A DNA stretch of 30,127 bases from a bacterium. GTDB taxonomy: Bacteria; Hinthialibacterota; Hinthialibacteria; Hinthialibacterales; Hinthialibacteraceae. Under the pieces are notes generated by a model. It saw only the letters and a program-made list of their open reading frames with translations, ran no database searches and was not told where the DNA came from. Of the stretch, positions 1 through 9,648 are shown piece after piece (the first letter of the stretch is position 1; the number at the start of each line of letters is the position of its first letter). The position numbers and the translations under genes are program-made. Location of the stretch: positions 1 to 30,127 of the forward strand of contig JBHGBC010000062.1 of assembly GCA_041946805.1 (NCBI GenBank), read 5' to 3'.

Positions 1-72
1 GACGCCCTCGGCCTGGCTGAATTCCGCCTCCACGCCCCAAAAGCACCCCGCGCCAAACGTGGCTTTTTCCAT
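1..72 (-). CDS. msrA: Peptide-methionine (S)-S-oxide reductase MsrA, 5' fragment (runs off left edge)
   Basis: Manual translation of the minus strand from ATG at 72 gives MEKATFGAGCFWGVEAEFSQAEGV, containing the diagnostic GCFWG active-site motif. Not in the ORF track because it is truncated. Confidence 0.93.
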   Translation of the reverse strand, partial: MEKATFGAGCFWGVEAEFSQAEGV

Positions 73-121
73 TATACAAATCTCGCTTTCATTCTTTTGG
101 GTCTGTTTGCGACAAACCGCT

Positions 122-219
122 CCTAATCCATTCCCCTCCCCCTGACCCTCTCCCAGAGGGAGAGGGAATTAGGGGATTGATCCCCCCGGCCAGCCCGATT
201 GAAGAGCGGATGGACATGC
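122..219. repeat. ~98 bp composite repeat, copy 1 (triplex motif + second hairpin + GATTGAAGAGCGGA tail)
   Basis: Ungapped manual alignment to 28221-28318 gives 74/98 identities. Confidence 0.8.
134..166. repeat. BoxC/PIT-like intrastrand triplex motif
   Basis: CCCTCCCCC-tga-CCCTCTCCC-aga-GGGAGAGGG. Confidence 0.85.
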
Positions 220-394
220 TTCAAAAGTACACACTGACCAGATGATCCTTTATACTCATTATACGCCGCCAGCCGGTTCTCCTCCAAACGCTAGAATCCG
301 CAGGAGAAAATCCCAAGCATCCCCGGATTCTCTCTTCCCCTTCCGGCCGGATTTTGCGATCCTGTTGAGACCTGAAAAAGGGGATAAAGAAACC

Positions 395-1981
395 ATGAAT
401 CCCTCGACATTTACCATCAACCGGCGCGCGGCGTTGCATTGTCTAGCCGGAGGGGCGGCCGCCCTTGCGCTGCCGGAGATTTGGATCCGCCGGGCCTTGG
501 CCCGAAACCACGGGCTGCCCAACATCATCCTGATCCTGGCCGACGACATGGGCTTTTCGGACCTGGGGTGCTACGGCTCGGAAATCGCCACGCCCCATCT
601 CGACGGCCTGGCAGCCAACGGAATCCGCTTCACCCAGTTCTACAATTGCGCCCGGTGCTGCCCCACGCGGGCTTCGCTGCTCACCGGCCTGTATCCCCAC
701 CAGGCGGGCGTCGGGCACATGATCCAGGACCGGGGGAATCCCGCGTACCAGGGGTACCTCAACGACCGCTGCGTCACCATCGCCGAAGCCCTGCGCGCGG
801 GCGGGTACCATACGCTGATGACCGGCAAGTGGCACGTGGGCGAAGAACGTCCCCATTGGCCGTTGGACCGGGGCTTTGATGCCTATTATGGCCTGATCAG
901 CGGGGCCAGCAATTATTTCAAACTGGATGACGGCCGGAAATTCGCCGACGGCAACACTCCCGTCACCGATTTGGGTGAAGGGTTTTACATGACCGATGCC
1001 TTCACAAACAGCGCGGTAAAGCAAATCCGGGAATACGCGGGCCGGGGCAAACCGTTTTTCCAGTACGTCGCTTACACCGCGCCGCATTGGCCCTTGCACG
1101 CGCTGCCCGAAGATATTCAGAAGTACGCGGACCGCTACCATGCGGGATGGGACACTCTCCGCGAGGAGCGCCACCGCCGCATGATCGCGATGGGTCTCGT
1201 GGACGCCAAATGGCCGTTCACCCCCCGCGATCCCCAGGCGCCCGCCTGGAAAGACGCGCCCCACAAGGAATGGGAAGCCATGCGCATGGCGGTGTACGCG
1301 GCGCAAATCGCACGGATGGACCAGGGCGTCGGGCGGATCGTTTCCACCCTGCGTGAATTGGGGATCGAGAACAACACGCTGATCCTGTTCCTGGCCGACA
1401 ACGGAGGTTGCGCGGAAGGCCGGCCCGGGAACGATCCCGCCGTCATGCCCGGTCCGAGGGAAACCTTCCAAAGCTACGGCCTGCCTTGGGCCAATGTCAG
1501 CAACACCCCCTTCCGGCGCTATAAGCATTGGGTGCACGAGGGGGGCATCGCCACGCCGCTGATCGCCCATTGGCCGGGGCATATCGAAGCCAACACCATC
1601 ACCCATCAGCCCGGTCATGTCATCGATATCCTGCCCACTTGCCTGGATATCGCGGGGGTGGAATATCCGGCAACATACAACGGGAAACGAATCCAACCGG
1701 TGGAAGGATTGAGCCTGAAACCGGTCTTCGAGGGCCAAACCCGCGCGGGGCACAAAGCGCTCTTCTGGGAGCACGAAGGCAACCGGGCGGTGCGGCAGGG
1801 GAAATGGAAACTGGTGTCGCGGCGCCCGGAGGAGTGGGAACTGTACGATCTCGAAGCCGACCGCACCGAATTGAACAATCGGATTGCTGATCATCCCGCC
1901 CGGGCTAACGATATGATCGTTCTCTATTACCGTTGGGCGGAACGGGCGGGAGTGGTGAAGTGGGAGGATTTGAAGGGATAG
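395..1981 (+). CDS. Arylsulfatase (S1 formylglycine-dependent sulfatase) with probable Tat signal
   Basis: PNIILILADDMG, CCPTRASLLTG (CxPxR), GKWHVG, APHWPL and DNG motifs; N-terminal RRAALHCLAGGAAALA. Start moved to ATG 395 after purine-rich AAGGGGATAAAG. Confidence 0.93.
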   Translation: MNPSTFTINRRAALHCLAGGAAALALPEIWIRRALARNHGLPNIILILADDMGFSDLGCYGSEIATPHLDGLAANGIRFTQFYNCARCCPTRASLLTGLYPHQAGVGHMIQDRGNPAYQGYLNDRCVTIAEALRAGGYHTLMTGKWHVGEERPHWPLDRGFDAYYGLISGASNYFKLDDGRKFADGNTPVTDLGEGFYMTDAFTNSAVKQIREYAGRGKPFFQYVAYTAPHWPLHALPEDIQKYADRYHAGWDTLREERHRRMIAMGLVDAKWPFTPRDPQAPAWKDAPHKEWEAMRMAVYAAQIARMDQGVGRIVSTLRELGIENNTLILFLADNGGCAEGRPGNDPAVMPGPRETFQSYGLPWANVSNTPFRRYKHWVHEGGIATPLIAHWPGHIEANTITHQPGHVIDILPTCLDIAGVEYPATYNGKRIQPVEGLSLKPVFEGQTRAGHKALFWEHEGNRAVRQGKWKLVSRRPEEWELYDLEADRTELNNRIADHPARANDMIVLYYRWAERAGVVKWEDLKG

Positions 1982-1998
1982 CCGCCGGACGGTTTGGA

Positions 1999-3153
1999 TC
2001 AATTTCCGGACCGCGGCTGGGCTTTGGTCACACGGTCCAGAACACGGGGAAGCACATCCACAAAACGGTCAATCTCTTCTTCGGTGTTGCCCAGGCCCAG
2101 GGAAATCCGGATGGAGGAGGCGGCTTCGCCGTCGCTCCGGCCCAGGGCCTTGATGACATGGGACGGAGCCGTCTTCCCGGTAGAGCAAGCCGATCCGGTG
2201 GCCACGCAGAAGCCTTCTTCATCCAGGGCGCGGACCAGTTCACGGGCGTTGATGCCGGGAATCGAAAAATTCAGCGTACCGGGCAGGACCTCTTGCTCCG
2301 GGCTGTTCCGGACCAGGCGGAGGGGCAGCGCCTGCAGCCGGTTCCACATCCGGTTTCGCAAGGTTGTGGCGTGAAGGGCGCGGGCTTCCCACTCCTTCCG
2401 GGCCAGGTCCGCCGCCTGGCCCAGCCCGGCGATCCCGGGCACATTCTCCGTCCCGCCGCGCCGGCCGCCCTCGTGGCCTCCGCCATGCGCCTGGGGCACG
2501 AGCGGAATTCCCGTTCTCACGTATAAAGCGCCCACTCCCTTGGGGCCGTAAATCTTATGGCCGGACAAGGAGAGCAAATCCACGCCAAGCGCCTGGACAT
2601 CCAGCGGGATCTTGCCCGCCGCCTGGACCGCGTCGGTATGGAGCCAGACGCCCCGGCGGCGGCAGATTTCCGCGAATTCCCGCACCGGTTGGATGGTTCC
2701 GATTTCATTGTTGGCGGTCATGAGGGTCACCAGGGCGGTATCGGTGGTGATGGCGTGATCCAGGGAGGCGGGATCCACGCGGCCGTTGGCGTCCACGGTC
2801 AGCCAGGTCACCCGGCAGCCCCAATAGGTGTGCAGGAACCCGCAGGTCCGGAGCACCGCCGGATGTTCGATGGCCGATGTGACGATGTGCTTTTTTCCGG
2901 AAGCCAGCACCGCGCCCTGGATGGCCAGGTTGTCCGATTCGGTCCCGCCGCTGGTGAAGACGATCTCCTCCTCCCGGGCGTTGAGCAGCCGGGCCACCTG
3001 GACGCGGGCTTTTTCCACCGCGTAGCTCGCGTTGACGCCCAGCCGGTAGAGGCAAGAGGCGTTGCCGTATTCGTCCTTGAGATACGGCTCCATGGCCTCG
3101 AAGACCCGGGGATGAACCGGCGTGGTCGCGTTATGGTCGAAATAAGCCGCCAT
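1999..3153 (-). CDS. Cysteine desulfurase, group I (NifS/IscS type)
   Basis: YFDHNATTP, FTSGGTESDN, HTDAVQAAGK, SGHKIYGPKG (PLP Lys), ATGSACSTG (catalytic Cys). Start set at MAAYFDH from family length. Confidence 0.93.
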   Translation of the reverse strand: MAAYFDHNATTPVHPRVFEAMEPYLKDEYGNASCLYRLGVNASYAVEKARVQVARLLNAREEEIVFTSGGTESDNLAIQGAVLASGKKHIVTSAIEHPAVLRTCGFLHTYWGCRVTWLTVDANGRVDPASLDHAITTDTALVTLMTANNEIGTIQPVREFAEICRRRGVWLHTDAVQAAGKIPLDVQALGVDLLSLSGHKIYGPKGVGALYVRTGIPLVPQAHGGGHEGGRRGGTENVPGIAGLGQAADLARKEWEARALHATTLRNRMWNRLQALPLRLVRNSPEQEVLPGTLNFSIPGINARELVRALDEEGFCVATGSACSTGKTAPSHVIKALGRSDGEAASSIRISLGLGNTEEEIDRFVDVLPRVLDRVTKAQPRSGN

Positions 3154-3311
3154 GACGGATTGTCCTGTGAGAACTTGATTGCCCATGTCCTGCTGGGGCA
3201 TGTGAATCCGTGCTCCGGCAAACATCGGTATTCAAATTATGGCGGGCATAAAATGGGAAACAATGGGAAGGGGAAAACCAAACGGGATTCCATGCCGGCG
3301 CGCCGGGCGGA

Positions 3312-3860
3312 TCAATCCATCAACAGGATGGCGGCGGCGACCACGGTAGTGTACCCGCCCGACTTGTTGATGGCGGATTGGGTGATGTTGCGGGTGTTGA
3401 TGATCTTGCCGCTCAGCTTGTACACCTCTTCCTTTTCGTCCCATGATTTATCTTCGTCGAACTCCACGCCGAGGGTGGTGGCCAGCATGGCGGCGGCAAG
3501 GTCTTCGGCGTAGTCGCCCGCTTCCCGTTCATTCTGGCCGTACGAATGATGTTCGCTGAGGTACCCGTACTGTTTCTGGTCGGCGGGGACCGCCAGACCG
3601 ATGGAGGCAGCCAGCTGCCGGCGCGGTTCGTTGGTGGAGCAACGGGCCAGCACGGCGAAGGTGACGGCGCCGGGAATCAGTTTCTTGATCCCTTTATCGC
3701 GGGAAATGATCTTGCATCCCGGCGGGAGGATGCTGGAGACACTGACCAGGTTGCAGACCGCGATACCCGCGTCACGAAGCGCCAGCTCGAACGAGCGCAG
3801 CTCCTCCTTATGGAATCCTACCCCTTTGGTGAAAAACATGAATTTTGGAACGAATTCCAT
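3312..3860 (-). CDS. Pyruvoyl-dependent arginine decarboxylase (PdaD/AaxB family)
   Basis: [25 protein letters not shown] (Ser-Ser autocleavage site), [18 protein letters not shown]-like AAAGGGGG before ATG 3860. Confidence 0.92.
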   Translation of the reverse strand: MEFVPKFMFFTKGVGFHKEELRSFELALRDAGIAVCNLVSVSSILPPGCKIISRDKGIKKLIPGAVTFAVLARCSTNEPRRQLAASIGLAVPADQKQYGYLSEHHSYGQNEREAGDYAEDLAAAMLATTLGVEFDEDKSWDEKEEVYKLSGKIINTRNITQSAINKSGGYTTVVAAAILLMD

Positions 3861-3988
3861 CGGATTACCCCCTTTCGGAAATGGAGTGAAATGGGACAGC
3901 CGGGACGTTCTCAGTCCGCCACGAGCCCTCTTGGATTGCATCCGCACGAACCACCGCGGATGATACGGCCAAAGAACAAAACGGCAAG

Positions 3989-4017
3989 ATAGTAGTCATT
4001 CACCCGGGCTTGGGCAA
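3989..4017 (-). promoter_or_regulatory. Putative sigma70 promoter of the arginine decarboxylase gene
   Basis: Minus strand TTGCCC-17 nt-TACTAT, about 130 nt upstream of the start codon. Confidence 0.4.
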
Positions 4018-4048
4018 GACCGGGAGGAACCGCTTCTGATATAAAGTA

Positions 4049-5047
4049 TCAAGCCGACTCCCGAACGACAAGACGCGTTTCCATGAATTGTCCCAGCGGT
4101 TCGATTTTTTCCCCGGCCATTGCCTTGAGCAAGATCCGCATGGCGGTTTTCCCCATGTCGTACCGGGGAATATGCACCGTGGTTAACGGGGGGCTGACGA
4201 TGGTGGCCAGGTCTACGTCGTCGAATCCGACCACGCCGATGTCCGCGGGAATTTTCCTCCCCAGGTCTTGGACCGCCTTGTACGCCCCGAAGGCGATCAA
4301 GTCGGAAAAACACATCAGGGCGGTGGTCGCGGGATGCTCCTGGAGCAGTGCCCGCGTGGCTTCCGTGGCCGAGGCGCAGGTGCCCTTGCACATGGCATAG
4401 GGGCAGCCGGCCAGGTCGATGCCGCTTTCGCGCATGGATTCGGTGAAGGCGTTGTAGCGGATTTGGGAGGTCATGCTGCCGGGATGCCCGTTCACGAACC
4501 CGATGTGTTCATGCCCTTTCTTCACCAGATGCGCCACCGCCTGGCGGATGCCGTTGACGTTATCCGGCATGACGAAGGGGATCGCGTAACCCATGTAGCG
4601 CCGGTTGATGAGCACGCAGGGAGTCGCGAGCCCGGCGATGGTGCGGATCAACTCCTGCGATTCGAAACTGGGCATCAGGATCAATCCTTGGACCCGGAGG
4701 GACCGGAACTGTTCAAGAATCGCTTTTTCCCGGGCGCGTTCTTCCTGGCTGTTGCTGAGCAGGATCTGATACCCGTTGTCGGTGGCGCAATCCTCCACTC
4801 CGCGCAGGATATCCGCCCAGTTGGCGGTGGAGACGTTGGGGACCATGACGCCGATCAGGTTGGATTTCATGGAGCGCAGGCTGGAAGCGATGCGGTCGGG
4901 GATGTAGTTCATATCCCGGGCGATCTCCAGGATGCGCCGCTGGGTCGCCTGGCTGATCCCTCCCCGGTGGTTGAGGGCCCGGGAGACGGTGTTGGCGGTG
5001 ACCCCGGCGCGCCGGGCGATCTCCTTCAAGGTGACTTTGGCCATCAT
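4049..5047 (-). CDS. LacI-family transcriptional regulator
   Basis: VTLKEIARRAGVTANTVSRALN helix-turn-helix, YIPDRIASSL hinge, periplasmic-binding-like core, VVGFDD, PPLTTV, LVVRES end. Confidence 0.95.
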   Translation of the reverse strand: MMAKVTLKEIARRAGVTANTVSRALNHRGGISQATQRRILEIARDMNYIPDRIASSLRSMKSNLIGVMVPNVSTANWADILRGVEDCATDNGYQILLSNSQEERAREKAILEQFRSLRVQGLILMPSFESQELIRTIAGLATPCVLINRRYMGYAIPFVMPDNVNGIRQAVAHLVKKGHEHIGFVNGHPGSMTSQIRYNAFTESMRESGIDLAGCPYAMCKGTCASATEATRALLQEHPATTALMCFSDLIAFGAYKAVQDLGRKIPADIGVVGFDDVDLATIVSPPLTTVHIPRYDMGKTAMRILLKAMAGEKIEPLGQFMETRLVVRESA

Positions 5048-5122
5048 GTTTCCTCCGCTTCCCGCGATCGGTTTTCCCCCGGCTCAAGGAAGTGGATCAA
5101 TACGATTTTCACCACCCAGAAT

Positions 5123-6001
5123 TTACCTGCCGGAGGAATCCTCTTTCACTCCTCTTCCTAACAAACCAGCCTGGGCAAACAGCCGGCGGACGATCTCCAC
5201 CGATTTCAGCATACATTCTTTTCCATATTCCGCCGTGGCGTCCCGCGGATCCTCCCCCGCCACGCCTTGCGGCCAGACCGCCCGGTCCGCCGGAAGTTGT
5301 GACAGGTCCACCCCGCCCGGCCGGTAGTGCATCATCAGCGACGTCTCGTTGCGCGCCGCGTGATCCATCTGGCTTTTCCACTGCTCCCGGATCTCGGGAG
5401 TCACTCCAAACAGTTGGAGTCCAAAACGGGTTTCGCGCTCCTTCAGGTTTTCCACCCAGGAATTCCGCGAAGGCCCATGGCCGTCGGCGAACACCGCGCG
5501 GAATCCGGCCCGCTTCAGTTGGGCGAGAATCGCGTCGACGATCTGCAAATGCAAACCCAGGGGAACCCAATAGCCACTGCCCTCCAAGGCCCGCGGCGGC
5601 GTGGTGGAATCGGCGTAATCCATGCCGATGAGCATATTCCCATCCGCCAGCGGCTTCGCGCGGTCCGGCCCCAGGTGGATGGGCGGCATGACAATCCCGC
5701 CGAATTGCCGGGCGCACTCCATCATCAATTCTTCGCTTTGAATCGCGTCCGAACCCAGGGGCAGATGTTCCCCATGCCACTCCAGGGTTCCCAGCGGCAG
5801 ATAGGCGATCGGCCTTTCCCGCAACCGCTTCCGGAATTCATGGGGCAGCAGTTCGGCATACCGGACTTTCTCATTGCGGGATTGCCCGTGGGGGGACGGG
5901 TCTTGGGACAACGCGCGGGACGGATGAACCGCCGCCAAGGACAAGGCGCCGATTCCGAGTTGAATCCATTCCCGCCGGGATGCTTTCGGATAGGAATTCA
6001 T
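5123..6001 (-). CDS. Creatininase/MftE-family amidohydrolase with Tat-like leader
   Basis: PLGTLEWHGEHLPLGSD, DGHG, DHAARNETS, DPRDATAEYGK motifs; N-terminal SRREWIQLGIGALSLAAV. Confidence 0.85.
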   Translation of the reverse strand: MNSYPKASRREWIQLGIGALSLAAVHPSRALSQDPSPHGQSRNEKVRYAELLPHEFRKRLRERPIAYLPLGTLEWHGEHLPLGSDAIQSEELMMECARQFGGIVMPPIHLGPDRAKPLADGNMLIGMDYADSTTPPRALEGSGYWVPLGLHLQIVDAILAQLKRAGFRAVFADGHGPSRNSWVENLKERETRFGLQLFGVTPEIREQWKSQMDHAARNETSLMMHYRPGGVDLSQLPADRAVWPQGVAGEDPRDATAEYGKECMLKSVEIVRRLFAQAGLLGRGVKEDSSGR

Positions 6002-6265
6002 TGTGGATCTCCCTCGTCAGATGGATGAACGCAATTTGACATCAGCCGATAGATTCGTACTGTATCCCTGATAGCGCAACCGGACTCCAGCCCGGCGGGC
6101 GGGCGCAATACGTCCAAAGCCCCCGCGAATCCGGATAGGGAGTGTCTCCCCTCTGCCGGGGCGGGCGGCGGCCATCTCGGTTGATCCCCAACCCTCGGCC
6201 AAGGATCCCCGCGTCCCGGCCCTTCTCACCCCGGAATATTCTATATGGGCAAATCGTGTAAGTAG

Positions 6266-6451
6266 GTCATCTCCGCCCAGTGGGGATCCAGTCCAATGGC
6301 CGCACAGGCGTCCCGCCTGCAACCCTATTTTGCGCAGACAAGATGTCTGCACCACCCGCAAGTGACTTTGTGCCGTTTCGTCTTTCAAGGTAATCCTGGA
6401 TTCCAGTTTCATTGAAAGTACGGATAATAGTCCTCTCCCCGAGGGAGAGGA
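6266..6451. repeat. Cluster of REP-like hairpins and a partial triplex motif
   Basis: GTCATCTCCGCCCAGTGGGGATCCAG (6266-6291), CAGGCGTCCCGCCTG (6305-6319), GCAGACAAGATGTCTGCACCAC (6334-6355), TCCTCTCCC-cga-GGGAGAGGA (6431-6451). Confidence 0.65.
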
Positions 6452-6560
6452 AATTGAGGTGTTTCTCTCAAGTCCGTTCGCTTGGATTGCCGATCTCATC
6501 TCCTGGTGAAAGCACGCACGCACCGGATGAACCGAAATCAAAGGCACTCTCTATTGCGAG

Positions 6561-6604
6561 CAAAAACAACCGGGCGGACCGGTACGATATCCGCATCCGC
6601 CCGG
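6561..6604 (-). terminator. Probable intrinsic terminator after the Mo-hydroxylase operon
   Basis: 9 bp GC stem CCGGGCGGA (6570-6578) / TCCGCCCGG (6596-6604), followed on the minus strand by TTGTTTTTG; the loop is long. Confidence 0.5.
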
Positions 6605-6687
6605 CAACGATTGGAACGAGGGAAAACCGCCGCATGCCGGCGAAGAAGGGAACGCAACCGAACCTGGCCGTGCGCACGGGAACGAAA

Positions 6688-8838
6688 CTACAAGGCGTTC
6701 TTGATTCTCTCCGGCGTCATCGGCAGTTGCAGCAGCCGGGCCCCGGTGGCGTCGTGGACCGCGTTGGCGATCACGGCGCCCATGCCGATAACAGCCGGTT
6801 CCCCCCCGCCTTGGGGAGGCGCCTCGCGGTCTTCGATCACCACCGTTTCGATTTGCGGCAGCCAGGAGAAGCGGGGTATTTCGTAGGTGTTGAAATTCAG
6901 ATCGAGGATTTGACCGCCCTGGAAATGAATCTCCTCGGTCAGCGCATACCCCAAACCCATCATGATGCAGCCGGTCATCTGGAGTTGGGCGCCTTCGGGA
7001 TTGACGCACAATCCCATGTCCTGGGCGCAGACCACCCGTTTGACCTGGATCCGGCCGGTGCTCTTGTCGACTTCAATTTCCGCGAGGTGGGCGACATAGG
7101 TACCGGCGTCGATGCCCAGGGCGGCGCCGAAGCCGCGCCCGCTGGGGGCCGGGGCGGGCGTCCAGCCGAATTGTTGCGCCGCGGCGTTCAACACGCGGAT
7201 CATCCGTTCGTCCTGTAGATTCTTGAGCCGGAATTCGACGGGATCGATTCCGGCGTGGGAGGCCAGGATGTCGATATGCGATTCCCGGGCGAAGGTGTTC
7301 GTATTGTTGGAGGGCGCGCGCCATGGCCCGGTGGCGAAGGGATGCGTGCCGGGCGCGCCGGTCCATCCCGATCCAAAAACGGTGGTCCGGTGATGGGGGA
7401 TGTCATAGAAATGTTCGGATCCCCGTTGGCCGGCGAAATAGACTCCATAATCCCACAAGGCAATCCGTCCGGCCTCCGTGACGCCGGCCTTGATTTTGAC
7501 AATCGCCGCCGGGCGGAAGGTATCGTAAAAGAATTCTTCCTCGCGGGACCACATCAGCTGGACCGGTTGTCCCGCCAGTTTGGCCAGCCGCGCGGCTTCC
7601 ACGGCCTGTTGATTATTGTTTTTCCCGCCGAATCCGCCTCCCACAAAGGGAGTGATGACCTGGACATCCTTCTCCGCCATTCCCACGGCCTGGGCGATTT
7701 GACCCTGGGCGCCGAAGGGACTCTGCGTGGAGGCCCAAACCGTGATTTTTCCTCCCTCCAGGCGGGCCGTGGCGGTATGCGGTTCGATGGGGGCGTGCGA
7801 GACGTACCCGTTCAAATAGGTTTTCTCGACGGTCCAGGAGGACTCTTTCTCCCCCACCGCCAGGTCCCCCCCTTCCGCGGCCGTCTCGCCGCGCGGGGCG
7901 TTTTTGAGCAGATGATCGAAGATGGATTGGTCATCCACCGGATTTTCCGGCGCGTCGAATTGAGCGCGAATTTGTTTCAACGCGTTCCCGGCCCGCTCGG
8001 GATCCGGCGCGAGCACCGCCACGAAATCGCCGTCGCGCACCACGCGGACGCCCTCGATCTTCTCCGCCGCCGCCGTGTCGATGGTTCGCAATTGGGCCCC
8101 GTGGGCGGGGGGGCGGACGATCTTGGCATACAGCATGTCCGGCCATCGGATATCGCCGGCGTACTGGGCCTGGCCGGTCACCTTCACCCGGGCGTCGGAC
8201 CGCGGGAAGGATTTCCCCATGAGCGAAAAGGCGCCGGGTGATTTGAGGACCGCTTTTTCCCGCAACCGCCGGGCGATGGCCTGTCCCCGCGTCAACTCGG
8301 CGTACGAGACCTTTTGTTGCGGATCGGTGGAATCAAAAACCACTCCTTCCTTGGTCCGCAAGCGGCCGCGATCCGTCTTCAGGCGTTCGGCCGCCATCTC
8401 CAACAAAACCCCGCGCGCCTCCGCGGCGGCGGCCCGGAGCGCCGGGCCGAACGTTCTCGTGGACAGGGAGCCGAACGTACCCCGGTCGAACGGGCACCGA
8501 TCGGTGTCGCCCATCACCATGTCGACGGATGCCAAGGGGACATCGAGCTCATCGGCCAGCATCTGCGCCAGGGAGGTGACGATCCCTTGACCCAATTCCA
8601 CCTTGCCCGTCAGGCAGGTGACCCGGCCATCCTCCCGGATCTGGAGATACGCGTTGAAATCCGCGGGCGAATCCTGTCCGAATCCCCGGCGGCGCTCCTG
8701 GGCGTCCGCCTCATCCCCCGCCAGGAAAAAGATAACGATACCGCCACCCACCAGTTTCAGGAATTCCCGGCGGCCGGGCGAGAAATCAACCAACGGATCG
8801 CGCGAATCGGGTTTCATCGCCAAGGGGTTATCGTTCAT
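6688..8838 (-). CDS. Xanthine dehydrogenase family molybdopterin-binding subunit (isoquinoline 1-oxidoreductase beta-like), Tat signal
   Basis: RREFLKLVGGG Tat motif, GKVELGQG, MGDTD, GTFGS, KVTGQAQY, VGGGFGGK, WRAP, GGGEPA, PMTPERI. ATG 8838 overlaps the small-subunit stop (ATGA). Confidence 0.92.
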   Translation of the reverse strand: MNDNPLAMKPDSRDPLVDFSPGRREFLKLVGGGIVIFFLAGDEADAQERRRGFGQDSPADFNAYLQIREDGRVTCLTGKVELGQGIVTSLAQMLADELDVPLASVDMVMGDTDRCPFDRGTFGSLSTRTFGPALRAAAAEARGVLLEMAAERLKTDRGRLRTKEGVVFDSTDPQQKVSYAELTRGQAIARRLREKAVLKSPGAFSLMGKSFPRSDARVKVTGQAQYAGDIRWPDMLYAKIVRPPAHGAQLRTIDTAAAEKIEGVRVVRDGDFVAVLAPDPERAGNALKQIRAQFDAPENPVDDQSIFDHLLKNAPRGETAAEGGDLAVGEKESSWTVEKTYLNGYVSHAPIEPHTATARLEGGKITVWASTQSPFGAQGQIAQAVGMAEKDVQVITPFVGGGFGGKNNNQQAVEAARLAKLAGQPVQLMWSREEEFFYDTFRPAAIVKIKAGVTEAGRIALWDYGVYFAGQRGSEHFYDIPHHRTTVFGSGWTGAPGTHPFATGPWRAPSNNTNTFARESHIDILASHAGIDPVEFRLKNLQDERMIRVLNAAAQQFGWTPAPAPSGRGFGAALGIDAGTYVAHLAEIEVDKSTGRIQVKRVVCAQDMGLCVNPEGAQLQMTGCIMMGLGYALTEEIHFQGGQILDLNFNTYEIPRFSWLPQIETVVIEDREAPPQGGGEPAVIGMGAVIANAVHDATGARLLQLPMTPERIKNAL

Positions 8839-9317
8839 TGGTTCTTTCCTCCCTTCATCTCGAGGCCGGCCGCCTGGATGGCTTGCACGATCCGGGCGTG
8901 GGATCCACAGCGGCACAGGTTGTTGTCCATGTGATCGAGGATCTCCTCGCGGCTGGGGGTTTGGTTCTTCATCAACAACGTGTAAGCAGTCAGGATCATG
9001 CCCGGCGTGCAATAACCGCATTGGAGGGCGTCGTGGCCGATAAAGGCTTTTTGGAGAGGATGGAGCGTCCCGTCGGCGGCCAGCCCTTCGATCGTAATGA
9101 CCTCCTTCCCCTCGATATCTTTCACGCGGGCCTGGCATGACCGGACGGCTTCGCCGTTGACCAGCACCGTGCAGGCGCCGCAGTATCCCTCGCCGCAGCC
9201 GAATTTACAGCCGGTCAAGCCGAGATCGGTCCGCAAGAACCATAACAGGGTACGCTCATCATCGACGGTCGACTGCCGGCGGGTTCCATTGATCGTAAAG
9301 GCTATGTTTCTCTTCAT
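8835..9317 (-). CDS. (2Fe-2S)-binding small subunit (CoxS/IorA family)
   Basis: GCGEGYCGACTV...SC and QCGYCTPG...NLCRCG iron-sulfur motifs; RBS GAGGAG. Confidence 0.95.
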   Translation of the reverse strand: MKRNIAFTINGTRRQSTVDDERTLLWFLRTDLGLTGCKFGCGEGYCGACTVLVNGEAVRSCQARVKDIEGKEVITIEGLAADGTLHPLQKAFIGHDALQCGYCTPGMILTAYTLLMKNQTPSREEILDHMDNNLCRCGSHARIVQAIQAAGLEMKGGKNQ

Positions 9318-9648
9318 AACCGACTCCTCTAGCCATACTGGTTTGTCGGGACGTGGGGGTCAAGCGGGAGAAAGACGGTTTCTCCTGAATGGCCGTTCCC
9401 ATCCGGTGATGCGCCTGAGAGAGCGGGATTATTCTTTCACAAAGCCGATGGGGGATACAAGACATTCCGTCCAATCCCCCGGGGGAAAGTGGAAAGACGA
9501 ACAGCATATTTGGAATCCTGTTGGGGGATCGGGGTTTTCAGGATCATACTCTATCAATCCCGCCCGGCGGATGGTATGGTTAGAAAATTCGTATCGGTGT
9601 TGGCGGGAAACCGGGGAGAAACACCGAGGTTCGGCTTCGAGGGCGGCT

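Noticed and set aside
71..92. Mini-ORF MKARFV overlapping the msrA start (TAATG)
   Set aside because: Six codons with no clear RBS; likely chance.
8839..9138. N-terminal extensions in the ORF track (Mo subunit to 9138; also sulfatase from 242, phosphatase from 9097, STAS from 12208, rSAM from 20537)
   Set aside because: They overlap neighbouring genes or promoters; internal starts have an RBS or stop/start coupling and match family lengths.
9318..9648. Moco riboswitch upstream of the Mo-hydroxylase operon
   Set aside because: Only a short TCCCCCGGGGGA palindrome is seen; no recognisable consensus by eye. An Rfam scan would be needed.
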